A stretch of 64,000 nucleotides of DNA from Schmidtea nova. Its lineage: Eukaryota. Under the pieces are notes generated by a model that ran no database searches, was not told the origin of the DNA, and worked only from the letters and a program-made list of their open reading frames with translations. The stretch's first letter is position 1, and every line of letters starts with the position of its first letter. The stretch spans positions 265,918,001 through 265,982,000 of the forward strand of contig CM097882.1 of the NCBI GenBank assembly GCA_044892505.1, written 5' to 3'. Both the position numbers and the translations under genes were made by a program. This document shows positions 36,653 to 47,743 of the stretch, in pieces.

Positions 36653-37298
36653 AATCGACATTGCAAATAATTTTAGGGGTAATTGTCGATTCATTAAAAT
36701 TAAATTTTGACTCGTAAAAAGTAATAAATAAATTGAATAATACTTTGCGGTATTCCAGTGATTGAAGTTGCTGTTGCGACTGTATAAAACGAACTGCTTC
36801 GTAATGGAAGCCCAAAGAGTTTGTTTAAACATACAAAACAATTTAAACAAATACATTTTATAATTAATACTTTTAATAATAAAAATAAATAATAGTTCAT
36901 AACAAAATGTTGGATTGTTTGACGGAGACACGTAGATTGAAAAAATAAATAGATTTTTTTTACATTGAGATTATCTAATTTTCTTCAAGAATTTATTAAT
37001 ATGAAAATATCATTCTTGGTCTATTTTTTCAATCTCTTGTTATTAATCGCTCTTTGATTGAATGGAACTGAAAGTGGAGGTCAATTGGACGGATTAGACA
37101 ATTCATAAACAATAATGTTCGCTTTCGAAATTATTAGGAAACTTCAGCGATTTGTTGTCATGGTTATTATTGACAAATTTAGATGGGTGCTGAGTATCAG
37201 TAGACGTTGTAAAAAAATCAGTATTTTTGAAAAGTATTTTCGCGACAAGAATATTAGGAACAGATGCGAGAGAAGGAATGATTAGGAATGGAAATGAT
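36653..37298 (-). repeat. 646-bp direct repeat, upstream copy (putative non-canonical 5' LTR)
   Basis: Identical boundaries to 31646-32291; followed on the minus strand by GG of protease codons ATT GGA ACC. Confidence 0.9.
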
Positions 37299-37556
37299 GT
37301 GACAACAGAACATTACAATCATTTTATATAAAAGTCGATTCGCATTTTATTTCTGCTCGTCATTCATATTATTAACTTCCTGATTTACTGCACCAGTTTA
37401 ATTGACATTTTCAATCATATTTCCATTTTGCCTAATTATCAGCATAAGGCCTTCGTGAAAGGTAATTATTCGTAATAATTTCATTTAATCAATAAATCCT
37501 TTAATCAGTGTAATATCAATTTATTTATATAAATGACCAAATTTGAATATTTTGAA

Positions 37557-37954
37557 CCACATGTATGCATTATAGTCGGTTTCCTATCAGCTTTTGTTTC
37601 AACTGATAATGCAACATTTTCAAATTGAATCTATTATAAGCAGAGAAATGTGTAGAGAATTCGAGGTATGCATACACACGTATTTTTGAAATTCAGTTAA
37701 ATGCACTTGAACCGATTTACATCCTTTTTAATACATCCTACTATAAGCAGAGAAATGTGTAGATCATTCGAGGAATATATACACATATTTATGAAATTCA
37801 GTAAGGCACTGGACAGCTAGATAGACTGATATAAATAAATATATTCGATCATATTTACATCCGCCCAACTTTCGCACAAAAATTATTTGAATATGACGAA
37901 AAAATTCTATGCTTATAGCAGATTGAATATAGAAATGGTGTATTTTCCACTAGA
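37557..37954. repeat. About 400-bp direct repeat, copy 1 (copy 2 at 39348-39748)
   Basis: CCACATGTATGC...TTCCACTAGA shared; internal duplicated CTATAAGCAGAGAAATGTGTAGA..ATTCGAGG. Confidence 0.88.
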
Positions 37955-38318
37955 TACAATTTTTAACTGTTTTACTGGTTTCCCTGTATGTGCATATGAC
38001 ACTTGAATAGATTTTTTCTGGAGTATCATGATTCTTGATATTTAATAGGTTTTCACTCTATATTTAGAACATTTCTAGCATTTCTTTGTTATTACAATGC
38101 AATATTATCTTCCAGCGTTTTTGTCATGCCGAACATCTCAATTTACTTCAAATTTTCCGTGATATAATTTTACATCAATAAGACACTTGAATAGATTTTA
38201 TCTGGACTATCAGGATAGAATAATGTGTAAAACATATTCAATTAATTAAAAATTGTCGGTGTACTTGATTTCGGTATCTGTTGTATCTATCATATCAAAT
38301 TCGGCCAGCTTTTTTCAA

Positions 38319-38895
38319 CTAATATCCTAAGACAAAGGGTTCGAAACTTTTATCATCATTTGCAAGAACCTGAACTGGTACACCTAAATATCGGGTAATC
38401 AAACAATCAGTCCATTCGTCTACTGTAATAGAAAATGCCCGGTTTTCTTTTTTATGTCTTTGAAAAATAGAACGATGTTCATTTCTTTTATCTTCATAAT
38501 ATCCAATAATATTAGATGTAATGGTCGTCAAACTTCTTGACATTCTATAACCTTTAGATTTTACGTAGCCTTTTATGGCTTTAGAATTACTCATTGCAGT
38601 AATTGACATACCATCCACTGCCGCTACTTTTAAAAATATTTCTGCTAAAGATTCCTTCTTCATAAAATTCAATATTGTGCTTGGTTTATCAATTTTTTTA
38701 CACTTGATTTTCAATCGGATTGTCGTTTACGGTGTTATTTATAAATATGCTATGAGATTACAAATTATTAATCAATGCAGATGTTGTGGATCCTTTACGT
38801 CCAATAATTCAACCACATTTATTACACATGACAACTGGTGACTGGTTTTCTTTCCGCAAAAAATAAGTCCATACATCTGATCATTTAGACATGGC
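38319..38895 (-). mobile_element. hAT transposase 5' fragment with BED zinc finger
   Basis: SDVWTYF...VMCNKCG...GSTTSALINNL; KESLAEIFLKVAAVDG; FSITVDEWTD (first catalytic D). Confidence 0.85.
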
Positions 38896-39347
38896 TAGAT
38901 AAAAAAATAATAAGTGATAACTCATAAGTACAAAAATTATATTTTTTATTATGTTATTAACAGTAAATAGGATAATAAATCCATATAAACTAATTATTAA
39001 GACAAAAGTTTTCTAAAAATGTAAGATTCATGATTAATAAGTTACAATTAAAGAACCAGTCAAAATATACTTCAAATAATTAAAAGTTAAATATTCTCAT
39101 CTTTCATCTCATATGGAATTATAATTGATTCTTTGGTATTATAATCCATTGCACCAAATTATTAGTGTGATACAGCCTATCCAGTTCCGTTGCTTTAGTG
39201 ATATAATTTCTGTTTCATGCCCATCACTTGAATTCATTTTCATTGCTGGTAGATTTGCCAAATCTTGCTTTCTGTCTCCCAGCGATATCATGCATACGCT
39301 CATCGTTTCGACACGTTGCAATTTCCTGTAAATCAAATCATGTGTTG

Positions 39348-39748
39348 CCACATGTATGCGTGACAGTCGGGTTTCCTAACAGTTTCCGTTTCAACTGATA
39401 ATGCAACATTTTCAATTTGAATCTGCTATACGCAGAGAAATGTGTAGAGAATTCGAGGTATGCATACACACATATTTGTGAAATTCAGTTAAATGCACGT
39501 GAACCGATTTACATCCTTTTTAATACATCCTACTATAAGCAGAGAAATGTGTAGAGCATTCGAGGTATGCATATATACATTTGTGAAATTCAGTTAAAGG
39601 CACTGGATAGCTAGATAGACTGATATAAATAAATATATTCGATCCTATTTACACCTGTCCAACTTTCGCACAAAAATTATTTGAACGTGACGAGAAAATT
39701 CTATGCTTATAGCAGATTGAATATAGAAATAGTGTATTTTCCACTAGA
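39348..39748. repeat. About 400-bp direct repeat, copy 2
   Basis: Aligns with 37557-37954 with scattered substitutions. Confidence 0.88.
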
Positions 39749-41547
39749 ACTAATAAATTTTAATGACGTTCGTGATGCTAAGAACATTTCTCTATCCATA
39801 ACTTAAATCGTAGATTTGTGTTTATTGTTAATAGACATCGTACTGAGCATTTTTTTTACTTTACTTTGTTATAATACTAAAAAACCAGATTTCGAGAAAT
39901 TATGCAGTCACGAAATTATATAATAAAATTTTATATATAAATTATCTTAAATTTTTCATGGTTTCAAAAAATATACTGTGTCCTCAAATAAGCCTGTTTA
40001 TGCTTCATCGTTCTTTATATATTAATTTGAATGCGTAGACAGATGGCTTATAACCAATCATAGTTGATCCAACTCCGCATTCTTTGTCTTCACTTCTCTT
40101 AAACAACGATTTTTCTTTATTTTGATTCCATGCTTTTCTTTTTTCTTTTATTATTTTACTAGTATTTGTTTATATTTTAATAATTCTTTATCTTAAATTT
40201 TGAATTCGCCATTTCAGACCTCATATTGGATTTTCTCAAGATTTTGATTCATTTTGATTCTTAATTGTTTGCTTTGGTTTCTTATTGGTTTCGTTTTATT
40301 AATCATTTTGATTAATTACTAATATTTTTGAGTTAGTTAGGACACTTGAATCCATCTGTAAAATTGAATAAATAACACACCTGAAACTCATTATTACAAA
40401 CACATTGTTTCTATTACACAATTAACAAAAATAGATGGCTCATTCGGTCTTTGACGTCGATGCAATATCATAACTGGGTTAAATTTCCTGATGCTTGTCT
40501 TTTTAGTGTTTGAATTTGTTTATGTTTATATTTTTGATAAGACCAAACAAAATAAATTTGTCACTGTCAACTCAACATCATTGTTATTAAAAAGCGAAAT
40601 TACGTTTACATATATCGCAGAATGCGAAAGTTCAGGTTTATTTGCTATTTCCTTTTCGTTTTAATAAATAAGATGATCCAAAATAACATTAATGTTGTGG
40701 TATATTCTCCTATGGATAATTTCATAGGTAAGAACCATATAAATCTAATATTTTTGTTTTTAATTTGTTTTATGATTTTTAAAAATAAAATTAAATAATC
40801 GTTTTGAAATAACTCATATTACATGTTTCAATCCAAATTTATCATAAATAAATGGCAGAGATCTTTATTTAAACTAATATATTTCATCAGTAATATAATC
40901 AATCAATACCGATACTCAAGATTTCGAGTGTCAATTATTTTTAGTTTACAACTAGCGAATATATTAACACAATGGGTTAAATTGCAAGTATTTCGGGTTT
41001 AAACATAAATTTTGTTTGGTCGAGACCATTTGATTAAATTAATACTGATTCCTTTAACTTATTTCAATCAAATTTTTTCAGGGCTTTAAAATATTCCAGA
41101 AAGAATTTAAAAGTCAATCAAAAATCTGTTAATTAAAAAAACAACCTTTACAACTGCACTAAATATTTAGAAATTTTTAACATACATTTTTTAAAACATC
41201 TTATAAAAAATTAACAGATATAAAACTATTAGAAAATTTTCTTTTAAAATAAAAATAAAGTTTATAGTTTGTTTAAAAAAATAAAATGTCATTTCATCTT
41301 AGATCACTACACTGGTATTTAATGGTTTCTTGCATAATACTATTATGCTTTTCTCGAATTTGAAAAATATTGGTTAAATGTTACTTCTATCAACCATTTG
41401 CTAAGTTTTTCAATTAGGTTGGATATATCATATTTTCTTCTATAATTATATTTGACAAAATATTTAATAAATATATTTAAATCTGATCTATATAATCTAT
41501 TTTTTAATAAATTCAATTAGTTGATTAATATAAACAATAACTACATA

Positions 41548-43490
41548 CAGGGGCGGACCGTGAACTTTGGGGGCCATGGGCTGACACTCTTTGGGGCCCC
41601 CTGGGCTAACTCTCTTAGGCCACGAAATTAACCCAAATTTGGTTAGTTGTGGTGACTCATTTGCCATTTTGCCAAAAAACTCTTACTATTTTTTAATTGG
41701 AAAAATTATAATGCTACAGACATTGAAGAACTCTTATNNNNNNNNNNNNNNNNNNNNNNNNNNNNNNNNNNNNNNNNNNNNNNNNNNNNNNNNNNNNNNN
41801 NNNNNNNNNNNNNNNNNNNNNNNNNNNNNNNNNNNNNNNNNNNNNNNNNNNNNNNNNNNNNNNNNNNNNNNNNNNNNNNNNNNNNNNNNNNNNNNNNNNN
41901 GAGCTATGATCAATAAACATCAAACTAAAATCAAAAATAAAATTGTAACAGACAAAAAAACGAAGTAAACAAAAAAATTCCTTAAAAATACATAAAAATA
42001 AATAAAGTTTTGAGTTAAACAATGTAAGTTTTTTTTAAAACAGTACATGCATTAAAGAGTAACTCTTCTGCATTTTTGTGCTGCAAATTCTTTTTCACAT
42101 TGCAATTCTTTTGTTATTTCACAGTTTACAGAGAGAATTGATAAATAATTTAATCTTTCATTCGTCATTGTTGACATATATTTGTTTTTTTTTATATAGG
42201 ACATCCTGGAGAAGGATCATTCTGCCTCACAAATGGTGATTGGCAATACCAAGAAAATTTTTAAAAATTTTTAGGAATTTAGCAATACATCGACAAGTTT
42301 CTTTTCAAAAATTAGATTGAATATATCACCGCACGTGTTGTTTGAGTCTGACTTAGTCTGTAAGTAGAATTTTAAATGAATGCATTCATTTACGAAATGT
42401 TCGTCTAGATAATCCGAATAATAATCAACAACATTACGTGCACTTTCCAAGTCAATATTATCAATATTAATGTCTTTTAAATCCAATAAAAATTTAAATC
42501 GTTTGTTAAATTCCCCATAGACACGGCCTCTTTTTATTTAAATCCATAATCAATTTATCTAATGCAACGTTTAGAGTGTCCCGTTTAAATTTTCCTGCTC
42601 CATTTAGCAAAAATTCCTCAGTAGATTTATCAGAAAATTTTGAAGTAATGCGTCTCTTTCTTAAATTACTTTATTCTATTTACACACATGTACTGAATTT
42701 TTTGACTGTCTCCTCCTATTCATTTAGCTTTTGATCTGAATGAATTCGTATGTTGCTCAAGAAAGCTTCTAGTGACGATTTAATTTATAACCTTCACATA
42801 TGTCTAAGCCTGGAGTCTGCAGTTTTTTGTTAACTAAATTGAATCTCTCTAAAATTTCTTCCCAAAAAGCAGTTACAATTTCAGTTTCAAGTTTCGCAGA
42901 CTTAATATATATATAAATTCTGTGCCTCTCTTCTGAAATCAAGTTTCTCTTCAATATTGTCACTTAATGTTTTTAATATGTTCATAATATCACCGTAACT
43001 ATTTTTTAAAGCTCTAACAGCATCATAGTGACAAGACCATCTAGTCTGGCTTAAACGTTAATATGATATAATTAATGAATTGATTATATGCATTAGTTAT
43101 ATTTTAATTATGTAGGCCACAAACCTATGTCATTTATAACATTAACATATTTACTAGAAAGCACCTCAGGATTTTCTACTGCCTCTTTGAATATTTTTGC
43201 CTGGCACTGAGTGATCAACATCAACATCGTTTTTAGAGGTTCTCGGCTGTAATTCTTGTCCTAGTATTGGTTCGTTATTGTTAATTACACCTTGGCTTTG
43301 TTATTTTCTCTCTCTTTTTGTTTAAGTTGTTATCTTTCGCTTATTACTGCACCTAAATCATTTAATTTCTCATTTTTATTTTCCAAAGCAAAAATATTTG
43401 AAATTTTGACACATTTACTAGTTTCTTTTTCTCTATTTAATTGTATTTATCGTTTTTCGGCTCCGCTTTTATATTTCCTACCCATCATTT
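41548..43490 (-). mobile_element. Decayed, internally deleted hAT (Tip100/ZMYM1-like) transposon
   Basis: Left terminus CAGGGGCGGACC...GGGGCCCC; GRKYKSGAEKR N-terminus; LSQTRWSCHYDAV; LKIFLVLPITICEAE*SFSRM...MTNERLNYLSILS dimerisation domain; N-gap at 41738-41900. Confidence 0.85.
41738..41900. other. Assembly gap
   Basis: Run of N. Confidence 1.
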
Positions 43491-43707
43491 TAACATTTTA
43501 TTAATTATTTATTTAACCTGAAAAGATAATTAAAAACTAATAAAATATCTACCATATAGTACCATCATACTTGGCTAGTTGTCATTTGAAATTACAATTT
43601 AAATGACATTACTAAATTAGGACTAGTTTATGTACTAGAATTCATTACCTAAACTTAAACATCACATATCAGCACCAGAGCACCTGCATAGCAGTATACA
43701 CTTAGAT

Positions 43708-43920
43708 TTCAGCATTAGGTCTTTCGCTCTGTATATATGTTGGATGAGAATGAGAATCTAAATGAGTCGCTTTATCGGATTGAGAATCTGAACTAGTGCG
43801 TTCAGCTTTAGGTCTTTTTCTCTGTATATATGTTGGATCAGAATGAGAATCTGAATGAGCCGCTTTATCGGATTGAAAATCTGAACTAGTTCGTTCAGCA
43901 TTAGGTCTTTCGCTCTGTAT
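43708..43920. repeat. 93-bp tandem repeat, 2.3 copies
   Basis: TTCAGCATTAGGTCTTTCGCTCTGTAT at 43708, 43801, 43894. Confidence 0.92.
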
Positions 43921-45110
43921 AACTATTACATATCAACTATTATTTCTAATATCAACTATTATTACGATCTTTAACTATTACATATCAATAGTGATTCATT
44001 CGCCTTTAAATCATGTTTTACAAAATAAAGAATATAATTATCTCAAATTTATACAATAATAACATTTCTCACAAAATTTCCTGCGAACTAAATTTACAAA
44101 TCTATTATTGATCGGTTGAAGCAAATTGGCGGATTTCTTTTCACGATAATGAAGTTATTTGAAATCTATTTCACTGAAATTTAGTTTAATAAAATATGAT
44201 ATTTTATGTAGTATTCTTTATTGATCACGATTAAAAATCGATTTATAAGACAATATATTGACATGCAATCGTTACATACAATTTTGTTCATTTTTGATTA
44301 TTTGGCATTCCGATAAACTTAGTGCTTATTTTGTTCGTTTTGTAAATTCTTAAGTTTCGAATTATTGTTTAATGCTGCACTGATAATACAAATTTATTAT
44401 AGATTGTGATCGTACCGTAACCTTAAAAAATGATATGTAAATAAGACTTAAATTTTGAATTAAATAAAATAAAATAAACCTTTAATTAATAAAAAGGCTG
44501 CTGGGACTTAAGTTGATATAAGAGGGTTCGCAGTGAACCAAAGATGACAAGAGTTTTACAATTTCTGCTCTGGACCGTTTGACAGTCTTATAAAAATCTA
44601 TATAAATCTCATGTTTCTTATTGTTCAATTTTTTATCATATAATATCCTTAAAATAATAATTGAATAAGACATAAAATTAGAATTAAATAAAATAAATCA
44701 TGTAATTATTATATTTTTTTAGCTACTGAGATTAACATCAATACAAAAAGAATCAACGCTTATTTTCAAATAGTGTTTTTATCGCCTCTTTTAAACTCGG
44801 AAGGTCATGTAATGATTTGATTATCTTTCAAGTTGAATTCAACACTTCGAATCATCTTCGATATATACATTTACTCACAGAATTATATCAATAATATAAA
44901 TTTTGAATATTTCTTGCCGCCTTCCTCGTTTTAGTCTTGTTCTTATACTCATAAAGAATTACATGTAGTAGATGTGGTTTTTGTAAGTTCCATTTATAAT
45001 AAAGCAACAAAATAATTAATATAATGTATACATATTAAAATTTCCATAAATACTGTGTACAATATTACGAATACAAACAATATAACGTATTACATCTTAT
45101 CTTGCTATCT

Positions 45111-45113
<3 letters not shown>

Positions 45114-45182
<69 letters not shown>

Positions 45183-45341
45183 GCCCTGGTGGCTTTTGGG
45201 TTATAACGGGCTCTCATTCCTTGTAGCATCTTAGAATGGGCTCTGTAACACCAACATTTTGACCATGTCTACCGCAATGGGGTTCAAGGTATTCGAACCT
45301 CTTACGGAGGTTTGCAGGATCCACCAAGTGTCCACATGGGC
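45114..45341 (-). mobile_element. Candidate tRNA-derived SINE with (TA)n tail
   Basis: Minus strand: GCCCATG TGGACACTTGG (A-box-like)...GGTTCGAATACC (B-box-like)...GC-rich body, then (TA)n at 45114-45179. Confidence 0.45.
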
Positions 45342-45719
45342 GAGATAAGTGAATATAGCGAAATATGGAACATCTCAAGATTTAGAGATAAATCTCTTCG
45401 TGAGAAAAGTAATATTTATGTAAAATTTTATTTAAATCTGTAACCACATAAATTAGAGGCGTCTCGTATAACAACTATAACGTATAGAATTTTCTATTTA
45501 TAAAAAATACAGAATTTCTATGATATACAATTGAACCATATAATTTTAATAATTCATATATTATTAACCCTTAAAATTTTGTATACTTTTTGACAACACT
45601 AATAACGATGTATTTATTGATGTAATTATGGTATAAAAACAAAATTAAATTTTATTCTCTTTACAAAAAAATTGATACATCAAGATTCTAAACAATAGAA
45701 TGTACTCTTCATTAGCCAT

Positions 45720-46130
45720 GGTCCAAGCAACGTACAGTTTTTTATTTTGTTTCTACTCTGTTATCTTTGCAGATGAACATTCGATATTCTTCACAAAAAA
45801 TGTCCCATAATTCTCGAATGGTTGCTACTTTATATTATTCCTTTCGCTGTGGTATTGTTGCTTTATCCTCGAAACATAAATATTTACGGATTGAGATGAT
45901 TCGATCACGAGAAATTTAAGCTGTGAAGATCGCTCTTCGTATTGACTTATATATGGTCAACATTTCATTTGTATCCTCTTTTTGACATCGTAAAACACCA
46001 GCTAAAATCAAAATTCCAAAAAATGCATTCAATTCTACTTTTTCAATTGGGCTACCATAGATTTGGTTTACTAGGATTTTTATCATTGTGTCGTATTTTT
46101 TGTTTCTATTATAGTTGTTGCTGCAGCTAA
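45720..46130 (-). mobile_element. piggyBac transposase pseudogene fragment
   Basis: VELNAFFGILILAGVLRC...SIRRAIFTA*ISRDR...KYLCFEDK...IRELWDIF. Possible TTAA|CCCTT end at 45564 and an acidic N-terminal remnant at 46567-46896. Confidence 0.88.
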
Positions 46131-47743
46131 GTAAGCCATCAGTCAGGTGGTCGTGTCACAAAATTATGCATGACACATCGTTATCGTCTCAAGTAGTTAA
46201 TTGCGAAAGTTTTCCAGATTTATATGTAAAGCTATGACATCCGGTTTCTTCTTCCATCTCAAGATTGGTAATTTTGTTAGGCACTTCCTCATACTTTCTT
46301 CAATAAACTCGATTTTATATTCTACTTCTAATACTAGATTGTTCTAAGGCGCCAAGGCGCCCCCTTAGTCATTTTTTCACTTTTGGCAGTTTCATTTTTT
46401 AGTATTAAATAATTGAAAAAAATTAATATTTTTTTTAAAGTTGTTAACTTTTAACTTAGAATTTTATTCAACTTTTTATGATTGGCCTAAAGAATTTCAT
46501 TGTACACAATGTTTCGTGTGAATACACGATCGTCACCTAACAAATGTCCATCTTCAATCTTGATTTTTACATTTTTTGCGTTTCTTGATCTTGATCTTGA
46601 TCCTGTATATCCAAGATCAATATGGTCATAAACTCTCTTAAAAATCCCCAAAAAGAAAAAATGTGGAAAACATTGAATAAAAAAAAATAATTGTAGTAAA
46701 CTTTGAGCGTTCCGGAATCACAGATAAATAAATAAACATATAATGTTGGGTAAATATTATATACATTATAATTAGGATCATCAATACTGTTATCTTCGCC
46801 ACTTTCAATTTCTGACAGGCCTACATCAATACGCAACACTTCAATCTCCTGAGTAAGTTGGTGGTTTTGGTAATTTTTACGTTTTAGTTTTGGCATTTTT
46901 CTTTAAAGCTAGTGCTAAATAAGAAAGTCAACACTAAAATGAAAAATCTTTTATAATACTTACAATGGTAATTGTATTCACAAAAGAGAGGATGAAAAGT
47001 GGTACAAATTCAGGACATGTTCTAACAAATCGACTGACGGCAAAACAAAACAATCGATAATTGAACCAGTATGTGTCTTTATAATGCGACTCCTCTGACC
47101 CATCGTGTGGCCGTAAAACATGATAAATGTGTTTGTTCGGCATTATCTGCCAATTTATTGCGCGAGAAATGAGTGCACACTAATTAAGATATGGGTCTCC
47201 TGGAGATCCTGGTATGTTTATAGCTAAAAACAAAATAACGGTAATGTTTTTAGAATAGACAAATCATTCATAATACTTGGTGATGAAAAAGCGAAAATAT
47301 GAAAAATATGAAAAATTACTTAATAACTTTGTAAGTAATGGAAAATAAGTAAACTTTCTGGGGTCCCTATAGGATCTCACATAGTATTTTAGGGGTTTCT
47401 ATGTAACACTTTATAATTCTTTTTTAAATTTATTAGAGATTTTAGCTAATTCGCCATAAATAATTCTTTCCAAATCAGGAATGGAGAAATTAAGGAAATA
47501 ATAAGCTGATGCAGCAATTTTTGTGATATTAAAATGCAAATAGTCTCAAATTGATTATATAACGACGAGAATTTATGAATATTAGACGATCATTATTAAC
47601 CGATATATAATTTTTTCTAAAGAAGCCTCTTTTATTTCAAATCAATTTATGAATAATCAAGATAATTTTAAAAAAAAACTTTTTTTTAATTAAAAAAAAT
47701 TAACTAAACTTATAAAAAATGCTCTATTTGGTTTATATTTTCT

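Noticed and set aside
37299-37500. Continuation of the viral L N-terminus beyond the upstream 646-bp repeat
   Set aside because: The frame predicted from the near-TSD has about five stops in 50 codons, far more than the fossil; MRIDF similarity alone is too weak.
43830-43890. CTGAATGAG...GAAA in the 93-bp repeat as a hammerhead
   Set aside because: Extra base in the core, no closing pair next to GAAA and no stem I/III.
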